Part shown: piece after piece, positions 1 through 9,680 of the stretch
Position numbering within the stretch: the first letter of the stretch is position 1
Layout of the letters: each line of letters begins with the position of its first letter
From: Thermotogales bacterium
GTDB taxonomy: Bacteria > Thermotogota > Thermotogae > Petrotogales > Kosmotogaceae
Direction of reading: 5' to 3'
Length of the DNA: 64,000 nt
Assembly: GCA_003561215.1 (NCBI GenBank)
Contig: PWXG01000008.1
Coordinates: forward strand, 1,114-65,113
Made by a program: the position numbers and the translations under genes
Notes under the pieces: generated by a model
What the model was told of the DNA's origin: nothing
The model's input: only the letters and a program-made list of their open reading frames with translations
The model's database searches: none

Positions 1-1295
1 AGTCCGGAGGAATTCATGTACCTGATTTTACCGAATATCTGGCGCTCTTTCCACGGGCGATCGTGCTTTCCGAAACACCACAGGACTCCCGCATAGCTAT
101 TAGGATCTCTCCCGTCGAGCTCATACTTGTTATTGAGATATATGAGGTTATCGAAGGCTGTCTCGACAGAAGGTGACCACTCGATTACCTTTTTTCCCCA
201 GTACATCCTCATGTAGTTGTGCGTCTTTCCTGTTATGACCATCTCAGTCTGTGCAGCATTCCAATATGGGTCATGTGTTTTTGAAGACTCCAGTTCCTCA
301 AGACTGTAAGTGTAAGGTCGGGGATCCTGTGCATGATCCCTCAGGGTTGATCTGGCCCATTCTGGCAGTGCATCTAGTGAATCATATGATTGGTTGTAGT
401 AAACAAAGTTCATACTTAGCTCGCGTCTAACGATCAGTTCTTCGATGAATGCATCCGTACCAGGTCCTGGATGCTTCAGCACCTGTTGTGCAACAAAGAT
501 CGGGGAGACCTGGCCAAAATGAAGGTAAGGGCTCAATGATGACTGGTATTCTTTGCATGGATCGTTTCGAAGGTCATGGTAAGCGGGCAGCTTGTATTCG
601 ATGAAATCTGCAAGGAGTTTCTTTGCATTGTCCGTGCCTCCATTAAAGCATGATGAGGCAGGCACTTTGTTATCAGCTCGAAGTCTTTCGAGTGCCCCTT
701 CGAGATCGTCAAGGCTGAGCTCCTCCATTTGCAGGTCCAAATCAAGAGAGTGGGTTTCGAGTTTAACAGTGCGGGTTTCCTCAAGATAGGCAGGCAGTAC
801 ATTCATGATCTTCCTTCTTAATGTCGCAGCACCGTATTCTTCCTTGTGTGAAGCATCTCTAACAGGTATCACCACGTTGTCTTCGATCTCAAAAACCATT
901 GCATCAATTGCTTTCAGAATTGACCTTCTCCATTTTCTGCAAAGGTGCGTGTATCCCTTGTCAAAAACGACACATGAAGCTCTTTTAGCTATACTTAAGA
1001 CTATTTCTCGCGGATCACCGGTACTGCAAGCAAAGCGTATCTGCCTGTCCTGGATTGTCCGAGCAGTTTGCTGAAGTCCTTGAAGCATGAACGAAAAATG
1101 ACGTGTATTAGCTTCTGGGAAATCAGGATATAGAGAAAAGAAGACAACCAGAGGTTTCTCCTGGTCATTTGCACATTGAACAGCAAATTCCAGCGCAAGG
1201 TTGAACTCTTCTCGCTGAGAAGCTTGCATCCAGTACAGAACGTAGTCGCCCTCAACATATCCACCCTTGAGTTTCTTCACTCTTGACTTTGTCAT
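1..1295 (-). CDS. phr: deoxyribodipyrimidine (CPD) photolyase, class II; C-terminus runs off the left window edge
   Basis: My own minus-strand translation from ATG 1295 gives MTKSRVKKLKGGYVEGDYVLYWMQASQREEFNLALEFA...GKTHNYMRMYWGKKVIEW...ELDGRDPNSYAGVLWCFGKHDRPW. It stays open to nt 1. It is absent from the ORF track only because no stop lies in the window. Confidence 0.85.
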   Translation of the reverse strand, partial: MTKSRVKKLKGGYVEGDYVLYWMQASQREEFNLALEFAVQCANDQEKPLVVFFSLYPDFPEANTRHFSFMLQGLQQTARTIQDRQIRFACSTGDPREIVLSIAKRASCVVFDKGYTHLCRKWRRSILKAIDAMVFEIEDNVVIPVRDASHKEEYGAATLRRKIMNVLPAYLEETRTVKLETHSLDLDLQMEELSLDDLEGALERLRADNKVPASSCFNGGTDNAKKLLADFIEYKLPAYHDLRNDPCKEYQSSLSPYLHFGQVSPIFVAQQVLKHPGPGTDAFIEELIVRRELSMNFVYYNQSYDSLDALPEWARSTLRDHAQDPRPYTYSLEELESSKTHDPYWNAAQTEMVITGKTHNYMRMYWGKKVIEWSPSVETAFDNLIYLNNKYELDGRDPNSYAGVLWCFGKHDRPWKERQIFGKIRYMNSSG

Positions 1296-1317
1296 AATCA
1301 AATCCTGTCTCATGTGA

Positions 1318-2229
1318 TCATGGACCGCTACTCGAAAAGCCTTTTGTCGAAGAAAGCAAGCTCTTTGGAATAAACGTCCTTGCAGTAATCAGGGGATTCA
1401 CCAGCTGACTAATCTTAACATCACACGCAACACTAGCAATCATGTAGGATTCAACCCATGTGAGTTCTCTTTCTGCAGAAATAAGTGATACTGCACGGTC
1501 CAGACTCCCTCTAACTGCATTCTCCAAAGTATCAGAGCTGAAAAGGACGTACAGCCCTGAGGAGTCTTGAACGAGTGGACCCGACAGGTCTTGACCTTTC
1601 GCAAGTTCAAGAGCGATCGTGACGGTAGCACGACACTCGACACCTGTACCACAGGACTCACCATCTCCCATCAAGGCATGTACATCACCAATCGCAACTA
1701 AAGCCCCTGGAACGAATACCGGCAAGTAGACTACAGAACCCTCTGTGATCTCTCTCGTATCAAGGTTCCCACCGTGCTGCCCGGGCGTGCTACAACCAAC
1801 AGCACCGGTTGAAGGAGCTGTTCCGATGACGCCTATCATGGGTCTGGCTGTAAATGAGAGACCATGAAAATCAACTGTACTGTCTTGTATGACAGCGATA
1901 GTAGTTCTTGCTTCTTTTACCTCTTTACCCAGAACACCCCAGCCGGGTGCTGTTTCAATGACTCCTTGAGAATCAAGTTCGATCTTGTCTATTGTTACTA
2001 GAAGACAGTCGCCCGGACTTGCACCTTCGACGTAGATAGGGCCTGTGGCAGGGTTAACATGGGAAAAGTCAAACTGCTCATCCACGCGTTGATCCTCACT
2101 GGTTATTCTGTGGCCAAAACAGTCTTCTGTTTCCATCGTGATGGTATCTCCGGACTTCAAAGTCAGAACAGGTTTGTTGGCCTTGCTCATCTCGAAGATT
2201 ACGTTAGATCTGTCAAGTGTATAATGCAT
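1318..2229 (-). CDS. acetamidase/formamidase family protein
   Basis: 303 aa. NPATGPIYVEGASPGD...GDVHALMGDGE pattern typical of the FmdA/AmdA family. GGAGGA SD lies 5 nt upstream of the ATG. Confidence 0.8.
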   Translation of the reverse strand: MHYTLDRSNVIFEMSKANKPVLTLKSGDTITMETEDCFGHRITSEDQRVDEQFDFSHVNPATGPIYVEGASPGDCLLVTIDKIELDSQGVIETAPGWGVLGKEVKEARTTIAVIQDSTVDFHGLSFTARPMIGVIGTAPSTGAVGCSTPGQHGGNLDTREITEGSVVYLPVFVPGALVAIGDVHALMGDGESCGTGVECRATVTIALELAKGQDLSGPLVQDSSGLYVLFSSDTLENAVRGSLDRAVSLISAERELTWVESYMIASVACDVKISQLVNPLITARTFIPKSLLSSTKGFSSSGP

Positions 2230-2366
2230 TTAAATCCTCCGGAAGATAGTTTCCCTGTCTCAAGATTCTACATCAACAGCGCGGATCTACGCAAACGATA
2301 GGATTTAGATGAATCGATCGAAATGCCTTGTTAAAGCTGGTGTAGAATTGTGAAAGGAGGAGAGCA

Positions 2367-2993
2367 ATGCAGGATAACTCTGACAAAGCGGATATACGAA
2401 TCGAGAGCGCAAGGATGGCCGACTGTGAAGATTTCGTCAACCTTCTGGAAGTCTCAGCGGGCGAGTTTCTACGAACGCTACTTGGACCGAACTGGCGTGA
2501 TTCGATTTCCTTGCTCTATTCTTATGGAAGCACAATCTTCGGTGTCGAGAAAGTGACTTTTGCTAGATTGAGGGGGAAGAACCTGGGCATGTATACCGGT
2601 TTTTCTCCATGGGGATCTCTTCTGGCATATCTGAGGACTGGATGGGTTTGTATGCGCTTCCTAAGGAAACAGACTTCGCCAAGATTCTCCAGGGTTCTCG
2701 TTGCAGGACGAATGTCTTGGTGTCACCTGAAGACATACTACATCAGTAATATCGCTGTGTATGATAAATACAGAGGATGCGGTATTGGAGAGTTACTCAT
2801 GGCTGATGCCGAGGGAAAGGCAGAAGAAAGTGGATTCAGGCGAGTCTCTCTTGATGTCGAAAAATCAAACGATGCAGCGATCGGATTCTACCTTCACAGG
2901 AGATACAGGAAGCTGCCAAGAATAAGGGTGGTAAAGCTTGCCGGGAAGAGGTTTGAGTTTATCAGGATGGGGAAGCTTCTCAAAGATGAATAG
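2367..2993 (+). CDS. GNAT family N-acetyltransferase
   Basis: 208 aa. Acetyl-CoA binding motif NIAVYDKYRGCGIGELLM. AGGAGGAG SD upstream. Confidence 0.75.
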   Translation: MQDNSDKADIRIESARMADCEDFVNLLEVSAGEFLRTLLGPNWRDSISLLYSYGSTIFGVEKVTFARLRGKNLGMYTGFSPWGSLLAYLRTGWVCMRFLRKQTSPRFSRVLVAGRMSWCHLKTYYISNIAVYDKYRGCGIGELLMADAEGKAEESGFRRVSLDVEKSNDAAIGFYLHRRYRKLPRIRVVKLAGKRFEFIRMGKLLKDE

Positions 2994-3879
2994 AAGATTA
3001 TCCCTGCCTGCGTTTTCGCCCGTGTTCGTTCTTGCTTCGGGGGTCATACTGGTCTCTTTTTCCGGTGTGTTAATAAGACTCGTTGGAACGAGCCCATCCA
3101 GAATAGCCCTGTATCGTGTTGTTTTTGCCTTCATTATGTATGTTGCGGTAACCTCTGGCCAGAAACCAAAGACAGAACTAATGCAAAAGAGTTTCAAACA
3201 ATACGCCCTTGCAGTCACGGCAGGGGTTTTTCTGGCTCTTCATTTTCAACTGTGGATTTCTGCTTTTGAACACACAACAATTGCAGGGGCAGTGATTCCC
3301 CTCTCTCTTCAGCCTATTGTTATTGGAGTAGTATCCAGACTCATATACCAGGAGACATTCGACAGATTCATGCTTATTCCACTGGGACTTATGGCTGGGG
3401 GAATGGTGTTAATGCCCACACTTGACAGGATGATTTCTCCTTCCCTGGCAAGAGGCGATCTTTTGGCGATAGCTGGAGCGCTTATGGTTTGCGTGTTTGT
3501 GGTGATCGCACGCACAGGTGTAAGGCACTTTGGTGCATTCAGGTTCAACAAGATCAGCTATGGCGTAGCTATGGTTGTGTTACTTGGTTTCTCATACTCA
3601 CAAAGCACTGCTGTCTGGCCGATCACATCCAGAGAGCTCTTCTATTACATTCTAATTGGTGTAGGTTGTTCTTTTTTCGGGTACACGTTTATTGTGATGT
3701 CGCTTCGAAGGTTCAAGTCAGTGAATGTTTCGATTGCACTGATTGGCGAGCCGGTTATGGGTATCCTCTGGGGGTGGCTGTTCCTGCGAGAGTCTCTCAC
3801 AATGCCTCAATTCGTAGGTTTTGCGTGTGGGCTTGCAGGATTGGCAATATACTTCAGAAGAATCAAGGTAGATTACTAG
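2986..3879 (+). CDS. EamA/DMT family transporter
   Basis: Multi-TM hydrophobic protein with an EamA-like duplicated architecture. Start moved from 2938 to ATG 2986 (MNRRLSLPA...), which overlaps the GNAT stop (ATGAATAG). Confidence 0.7.
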   Translation: MNRRLSLPAFSPVFVLASGVILVSFSGVLIRLVGTSPSRIALYRVVFAFIMYVAVTSGQKPKTELMQKSFKQYALAVTAGVFLALHFQLWISAFEHTTIAGAVIPLSLQPIVIGVVSRLIYQETFDRFMLIPLGLMAGGMVLMPTLDRMISPSLARGDLLAIAGALMVCVFVVIARTGVRHFGAFRFNKISYGVAMVVLLGFSYSQSTAVWPITSRELFYYILIGVGCSFFGYTFIVMSLRRFKSVNVSIALIGEPVMGILWGWLFLRESLTMPQFVGFACGLAGLAIYFRRIKVDY

Positions 3880-3947
3880 TAAGCACAAGCGCATTTTCCC
3901 CATGTCTTGAAGCACGCTGAACAGCAACTTACTTGCTTCCTTGAGAA

Positions 3948-4628
3948 TCAGGAAGAATCTAGAATGGCTTCTGCGATCTTCAGATCATGAGATTCGGTTA
4001 TCTTGACGTTGGGACTTTGACAGTGGAAAAACCTGATATTTCCTCCTGAAGCCACAAATAGCTGTGCATCATCAGTGGCATTGCTCAGCTCAATCCTGGT
4101 CGCTCGTGTGTGTGCTTTCAGGATTTCCTCTAAGAAGAAACACTGTGGTGTTTCTGCCAACCACAATTCCTGCCTCTCTAGTAACGTCACCGCATCGTTT
4201 CTATATCTGTATATTGTGTCTCTTGCAGGTCGACCCGCGACGACACCAGTTGCGGGACAAACTCGTTCAAGTATTTCACCCAGATACTCTTTCCTAAAGA
4301 GAGGGCGAGCCGAATCGTGTATCAGCACTCTTTCAACGCCTAAAGATTTCAGGACCATAAGACCAAGCAAAGAGGACTCCTGGCGACTTTGACCACCATC
4401 TGTGATAAGGACGTCGTTGATCCCATGTGACAAGAAGAGCTTTTCTGTTTCACGATATCTACCTGGTTCTATGACTAAGGCCGTAACATCAACGTGCGGT
4501 GAGTCCAGAAAAATGCGCACCGATCGCACGATTATCTCGGTACCCAGAAGCTTTTCGAACTGCTTGGGTCTTGATCCCTTGAACCTCAAGCTCTTGCCAG
4601 CTGCCAATACGAGTGCAGCGGTCTTCAC
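3948..4628 (-). CDS. ispD: 2-C-methyl-D-erythritol 4-phosphate cytidylyltransferase
   Basis: 226 aa. N-terminal AALVLAAGKSLRF...PKQF signature. GTG start overlaps the upstream stop (GTGA). Confidence 0.85.
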   Translation of the reverse strand: MKTAALVLAAGKSLRFKGSRPKQFEKLLGTEIIVRSVRIFLDSPHVDVTALVIEPGRYRETEKLFLSHGINDVLITDGGQSRQESSLLGLMVLKSLGVERVLIHDSARPLFRKEYLGEILERVCPATGVVAGRPARDTIYRYRNDAVTLLERQELWLAETPQCFFLEEILKAHTRATRIELSNATDDAQLFVASGGNIRFFHCQSPNVKITESHDLKIAEAILDSS

Positions 4629-5872
4629 GTTATCAGATGAACCAGCAGCCCACTGCGCAATTTGGGCTCAAACCATGTAGATTTCGGGGGCATTACCCTT
4701 CCGGAGTCTGCAACTGCAATCAGATCATCCATTGATGTTGGAAAGAGGGAAAAAGCTACTGCCCATCCTTCTCCTACTTTCTCTTCAAGATTTTGAAGGC
4801 CTCTTATGCCTCCGACGAAATCGATCCTGGAATCAGTTCTGGGGTCATTGATACCAAGTACAGGTCCAAGAAGGTTATTTTGGAGAATGCTTGCATCAAG
4901 ACTCTCCACAGGATCTGATGCTTGAAATGTGCCCGGCCTTGCCTCAAGAAGGTACCACTGTCCACCAATGTACATTCCGAATTGATGCTTTGAGTCAGGT
5001 CTGTAGGGCGAAGAAGGAGCTTTCTCAACTAGAAAACTCTCCTCAACGCGCTTCAGGAAAGAAGACACTGATAGACCACTCAGATCTGAAACTACACGGT
5101 TATAGTCCATAATCTTCAAGTGGTTGTGTGGAAAAATGCTTGCCAAGAAGAAGTTGTACTCTTCGTTACCGGTATGATGAGGATTTCTCTGCCTGAGAAT
5201 CTCGCGCGCTCTCGCTGCGGACGCGGCTCTATGGTGTCCGTCAGCTATGTAGAGTTGAGGAAAAGCATCAAATACATTCCGTATGTGCTTCATGGTATCC
5301 AGTTCAGCGACCTTGAAAATAGTATGCCTGACGTTATTCTCATCGATTGTGTCAAGCAACGGTTCGTGATTATCGGTTGCCTCCCGCAACGCACTGTCAG
5401 CTCGTCCGTCGTCGCGACATGCAAGAAACACCATTCCTGTATTTGCTTTGACAGCGAGCGTATGTTTCACACGGTCTTCTTCCTTCGGCTTTCTCGTGAA
5501 CTCATGCTTCTTTATCTTGTCTTGTTCATATTCATCGACTGAACAGCAAGCAACGAGACCGATCTGAACGTGTTCGCCCATCTGTTGCCTGTAGACGTAG
5601 AAAGATTCTCCTTCATCTTCTGTCAAAAGTCCGTCTTTTAGCATTTTCAGGAGATTTTTCCTTGCTCTCTCATAAACGACATCGGAATAAGGATCTGTTC
5701 CCTCAGACAGATCGACTTCGGAGCGAACAACATGTATGAAACTGTGTGGATTTCTGGACAATTCCCTGGCTTCATCGTAGTCAACGACATCATAAGGAGG
5801 CGAGCTTACGAGTTGCGCCATATCGGCAGGAGGTCTTACCGCTCTGAAAGGTTTGATAACAGCCATCATCAA
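4625..5872 (-). CDS. DUF1015 family protein
   Basis: 415 aa. N-terminal IKPFRAVRP...SPPYDVV pattern characteristic of DUF1015. ATGA overlap with ybeY. Confidence 0.7.
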   Translation of the reverse strand: MMMAVIKPFRAVRPPADMAQLVSSPPYDVVDYDEARELSRNPHSFIHVVRSEVDLSEGTDPYSDVVYERARKNLLKMLKDGLLTEDEGESFYVYRQQMGEHVQIGLVACCSVDEYEQDKIKKHEFTRKPKEEDRVKHTLAVKANTGMVFLACRDDGRADSALREATDNHEPLLDTIDENNVRHTIFKVAELDTMKHIRNVFDAFPQLYIADGHHRAASAARAREILRQRNPHHTGNEEYNFFLASIFPHNHLKIMDYNRVVSDLSGLSVSSFLKRVEESFLVEKAPSSPYRPDSKHQFGMYIGGQWYLLEARPGTFQASDPVESLDASILQNNLLGPVLGINDPRTDSRIDFVGGIRGLQNLEEKVGEGWAVAFSLFPTSMDDLIAVADSGRVMPPKSTWFEPKLRSGLLVHLIT

Positions 5873-6300
5873 CGCTCCTTTACGAACTTCTTGAAGTACT
5901 CAGCTTGTTTCACCATCATATCTTCAGAACAGGTGTCGTGTGTCTCCCTATGCTGAAAGCCGAGAAGATGCAGAACGCCGTGAATGACTATGTAAAGCAG
6001 CTCTTCCTCGAAAGAATTGTTGAACTCCGAGGCCTGACGTTCGATAGTATCTAGAGAGATCATCATGTCGCCAAAGACATCCTGCTCAAGACCGTATTCG
6101 AAGGTAAGAATATCTGTCGGATGATTCTTGCCACGATATAGTTTGTTGATGTGCATGATCTCATCGTCATCAGTAAGGACGATGTTTAGCATACCTTTAG
6201 GAACGGTCTTCAGTTCCTCGGTGACTACTGATGAGACGACCTCAGATATCTTCTTCTCGTTTACGGGTTTCTCCGTCTTGTTCTGCAGAAGTATCTCCAT
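5869..6300 (-). CDS. ybeY: rRNA maturation RNase YbeY
   Basis: 143 aa. HGVLHLLGFQH zinc motif and TDILTFEY. GGAGGTGG SD upstream of ATG 6300. Confidence 0.9.
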   Translation of the reverse strand: MEILLQNKTEKPVNEKKISEVVSSVVTEELKTVPKGMLNIVLTDDDEIMHINKLYRGKNHPTDILTFEYGLEQDVFGDMMISLDTIERQASEFNNSFEEELLYIVIHGVLHLLGFQHRETHDTCSEDMMVKQAEYFKKFVKER

Positions 6301-7732
6301 CAGCCACCTCCGATTCCGGCTCTTCCTGAGGATACTCTATCCTCGGTCTGCTCGAACTGGTAAGAACTCTCGTGAAAGCATCGACGATTCCTTCGAGATC
6401 ACTCAGGTTTAGGCCGCTATTGTCCAGCTGTCTCTCGTTGTATATGGCTTCAACTACTTCTGCTACAGTCTCCCGTATGTTTCCTGGTGTTGGATTTCTC
6501 AGACTCTTAAAGGCAGCTTCTACTGAATCGGCCAGCATGACTATACCCGACTCGGGAAACTGAGGTTTGGGACCTGAATACTCGAAATCTTCCCGTTTCG
6601 TGCTTCCTGTCCGATTGGCAGCTTTCCTGTAGAAGAACAGCTTGTGTCTTGTTCCGTGATGCTGTTTCACCATGTCTTCGACGAGAAGAGGCAATCTGTG
6701 CCTTTTTGCCAGCTCAACGCCGTGCTGGACGTGTTCGTTTATGACTGTATTCGACATGCTCGGAGAGAGCCTGTCATGGGGGTTGTCTCCAATCTGGTTT
6801 TCCGTGAAATACTGTGGCCGTTTTGTTTTGCCGACGTCGTGGAAGTACGCTCCAACCCTTGCAAGAATTGGATTAGCCCCGACTGCCTCGGAAGCTGCTT
6901 CAGAGAGATTTGCAAGGGTGACGCTGTGATAGTATGTACCGGGAGCATTGATTGAGAGGTTTTTGAGAACGGGATGAGAAAGGTTCCCAAGCTCCAGTAG
7001 CCCCACATTCGAGTATATCCTTGTTGCGTATTCAATATAGGGGAGCAACCCAATGACAGCTATTGATGAGAGGACAGGGTTAAGAAAGGCTGCACTTAGC
7101 TGTATCCAGTTGAAAGCACTTTCGGTGAAAGACCTTGCGAAGACCAATGCAACAAAGACTGCTCCAACTGCGAAGCCAGCACGGGCTATAGATATCCTTG
7201 CGGTCAGTCTTCTTGTTGCAAGTGCCGTAACGAAAGAAATTATCGAAAGCATCACAAAAGCGTCTAGCGAGAACCTGAAGGTTGCCGACGCAATGAAGGC
7301 AAGAAATAGACCGACACCTGCACCTTCTTCGAAGCCGATCAGTATGGTAACTATGGCCACGGTCAAGAACAAAGGAGTGATATAGATCAGCAAGTCTGTT
7401 GAGATAAAATGAACGATGACGCTGTTAACAAGTATCCCAGCGGACACTACTGTATACAGTGCAAGTCGATAAGCAGCATGGAGATCAAAAAACGCGCCCT
7501 TTCTCACAGTGGTTTCCACAAAGATATACCAGAAGATGATACACCCGAGAAAATAGGCTATGGGCATCTCCGGGAGACTGAGATAAGGGATCCTGTTCAG
7601 AAGCGCCGCGAATAGCGGAAAAAGAACAATTGAGTTGATATTTCTCAGACTAATAGCTCTCAGCCAGGAGAGATCAGGTTCCTTTATCGGGGCGCTTGTC
7701 CTGCGTTTCTTCTTCTCTTTCGTATAGGTCAT
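6242..7732 (-). CDS. 7TM-receptor/HD-domain phosphohydrolase (HDIG, PgpH-like)
   Basis: 496 aa. The N-terminal half is multi-TM. The C-terminal half is an HD domain (YFHDVGKTKRP...KQHHGT). It sits in the conserved phoH/ybeY neighbourhood. Confidence 0.8.
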   Translation of the reverse strand: MTYTKEKKKRRTSAPIKEPDLSWLRAISLRNINSIVLFPLFAALLNRIPYLSLPEMPIAYFLGCIIFWYIFVETTVRKGAFFDLHAAYRLALYTVVSAGILVNSVIVHFISTDLLIYITPLFLTVAIVTILIGFEEGAGVGLFLAFIASATFRFSLDAFVMLSIISFVTALATRRLTARISIARAGFAVGAVFVALVFARSFTESAFNWIQLSAAFLNPVLSSIAVIGLLPYIEYATRIYSNVGLLELGNLSHPVLKNLSINAPGTYYHSVTLANLSEAASEAVGANPILARVGAYFHDVGKTKRPQYFTENQIGDNPHDRLSPSMSNTVINEHVQHGVELAKRHRLPLLVEDMVKQHHGTRHKLFFYRKAANRTGSTKREDFEYSGPKPQFPESGIVMLADSVEAAFKSLRNPTPGNIRETVAEVVEAIYNERQLDNSGLNLSDLEGIVDAFTRVLTSSSRPRIEYPQEEPESEVADGDTSAEQDGETRKREEDI

Positions 7733-8672
7733 AAGCTTTGATTATCTCCTTTACAAGGGCATTTCGTACGATATCATGTTCCGTAAGATAGACGAATCCT
7801 ATGCCACCAATGTTCTTGATAATCCTTTGTATCACTACCAGTCCGGATTCAGTCGCCCTGTCAAGATCGATCTGTGTGATGTCGCCAGTTACAACAACCT
7901 TCGAATCGAAGCCAATCCTGGTAAGGAACATTTTCATCTGCTGATAAGTGGTATTCTGGGCCTCGTCGAGGATTATGCACGAGTTGTTCAACGTTCTGCC
8001 ACGCATGTATGCAAGAGGAATGATCTCTATGATCCCGCGCTCCTTATAATAGGCAAGGCGATCAACGGGCATCATGTCCATAAGGGCATCATAAAGGGGT
8101 TTGAGATATGGGTCGATCTTCTCTAGAAGCGTTCCAGGCAAGAAACCAAGCCTCTCACCTGCCTCTACTGCCGGTCTTGTAAGTATTATGCGCTTGACGC
8201 GACCGCTCTTGAGATGTTCCACTGCCATTGCGACCGCGAGATAAGTCTTTCCCGTCCCGGCGGGTCCCACAGAGAAGACCATGTCTTTTTCTTGCATGAC
8301 TTCGATATACTTCTTCTGACCAAGTGTCTTCGGCCTGATCTTCTTAAGAAGAGCGGTAGTGTTCTTAACTGCTCTATAGATACCATTTGGAGCTGCTTCT
8401 AACTGCATTGGGGAGGTATGATGCTGCACGAGGTTTTCGAACTCGTTCCACTCGCTCACTTCCCCATCTATGTTCATCTCAACCATTTCGTCGATAATGC
8501 TTCTCACTGTTTCCAGTGCATCTATGTCATCGCTTTTGATCCAGATTTCGTTATCGATTATCGAAAGCCTTACATCAAACTTGTCTTGAAGATACTTCGA
8601 CTTCCTGTCGTACTCTCCAAAAAGATCCTTTATGTCGACTGCCTCAGGAATCCTCATCTTCCTTACTGCCAA
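7674..8672 (-). CDS. phoH: PhoH family ATPase
   Basis: Walker A VGPAGTGKTY, Walker B ILDEAQN. Start moved from 8855 to TTG 8672, which has GAGGAGG 7 nt upstream. The longer ORF-track form would run into the degV promoter region. Confidence 0.85.
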   Translation of the reverse strand: MAVRKMRIPEAVDIKDLFGEYDRKSKYLQDKFDVRLSIIDNEIWIKSDDIDALETVRSIIDEMVEMNIDGEVSEWNEFENLVQHHTSPMQLEAAPNGIYRAVKNTTALLKKIRPKTLGQKKYIEVMQEKDMVFSVGPAGTGKTYLAVAMAVEHLKSGRVKRIILTRPAVEAGERLGFLPGTLLEKIDPYLKPLYDALMDMMPVDRLAYYKERGIIEIIPLAYMRGRTLNNSCIILDEAQNTTYQQMKMFLTRIGFDSKVVVTGDITQIDLDRATESGLVVIQRIIKNIGGIGFVYLTEHDIVRNALVKEIIKAYDLYEREEETQDKRPDKGT

Positions 8673-8826
8673 CTGATCGCCTCCTCTGTGTTGATTATAA
8701 CTCATTATGGGAAAGACGTGTGAATGTCGGAAGGCAGTGATGGCAGGTGTATGATACCCGGACGATTTGCTGCACGATGTAGCAGGAACAACTTTGCAGG
8801 GAACTCTGGGGAGGTGGTTGGAAACC

Positions 8827-9672
8827 ATGGCTATAGGAATCATCACAGACAGCACCAGTGCTCTAACAATGGAACAAGCTGAAAAACTGGGAATTGAAGT
8901 CGTTCCGCTCTACATCCAGAGCGGGGGGGAGTACAGAAAAGCCGATTCGGTCAAAATTGACGACTACTACAACGAACTGGATGCGCCAGGAACGTTACCG
9001 ACGACATCACAGCCAAGTCCTGAGGACTTCCTGAAGGTTTACAAAAAGGTTCAGGATCAGTACGAAGCGCTCGTCGTAGTTACAATATCAAGTAAGCTCA
9101 GTGGAACGTTCGATTCGGCTAACCTTGCGGCAAAGATGGTCCAGGTGCCAGTCAAGGTTGTGGATTCGAAGTTGACAAACTACGGTCTGGGATTTCTTGC
9201 AGAAAATCTGGTGCAGCTCTCGAAGAAAGGGACAAAGCTGGAAGCTCTTGCAGAGTATGCCGAAAAGTTCTACAAGTCTGTAAGAATAGTCTTCTCGGTC
9301 GATACACTTGATCACCTTTATCGAGGCGGAAGAATTGGAAAGGCAAAGGCTCTTATGGGAGGGCTGCTGAACATGAAGCCAATAATAAGCCTTGAAGAAG
9401 GTGAACTCAAGCCTCTCAGAAATGTGAGAGGACGAAAGAAGGTTCTCGATGAACTCCTGAGCGCTTCCGTAACACCCATGGTAGGAAAGAAGCTAGCCAA
9501 GGCCGCTGTCATAGCATGTAGGCGTCCTGACGACATCAAGAAGATGAGCGCAATGATCAGGGAGCGCTTTACAGACGCGAAGGTTATTGATGACAGGATT
9601 GAACCGGTTATCGCAACCCATCTTGGAACTACAGGCTTTGGTGTAATTACCGAATGGGCTGACAAGAAGTAG
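8827..9672 (+). CDS. DegV family fatty-acid-binding protein
   Basis: MAIGIITDSTSAL...VVPLYI pattern. Start moved to ATG 8827, downstream of GGGGAGGTGG. Confidence 0.85.
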   Translation: MAIGIITDSTSALTMEQAEKLGIEVVPLYIQSGGEYRKADSVKIDDYYNELDAPGTLPTTSQPSPEDFLKVYKKVQDQYEALVVVTISSKLSGTFDSANLAAKMVQVPVKVVDSKLTNYGLGFLAENLVQLSKKGTKLEALAEYAEKFYKSVRIVFSVDTLDHLYRGGRIGKAKALMGGLLNMKPIISLEEGELKPLRNVRGRKKVLDELLSASVTPMVGKKLAKAAVIACRRPDDIKKMSAMIRERFTDAKVIDDRIEPVIATHLGTTGFGVITEWADKK

Positions 9673-9680
9673 TCCGAATA

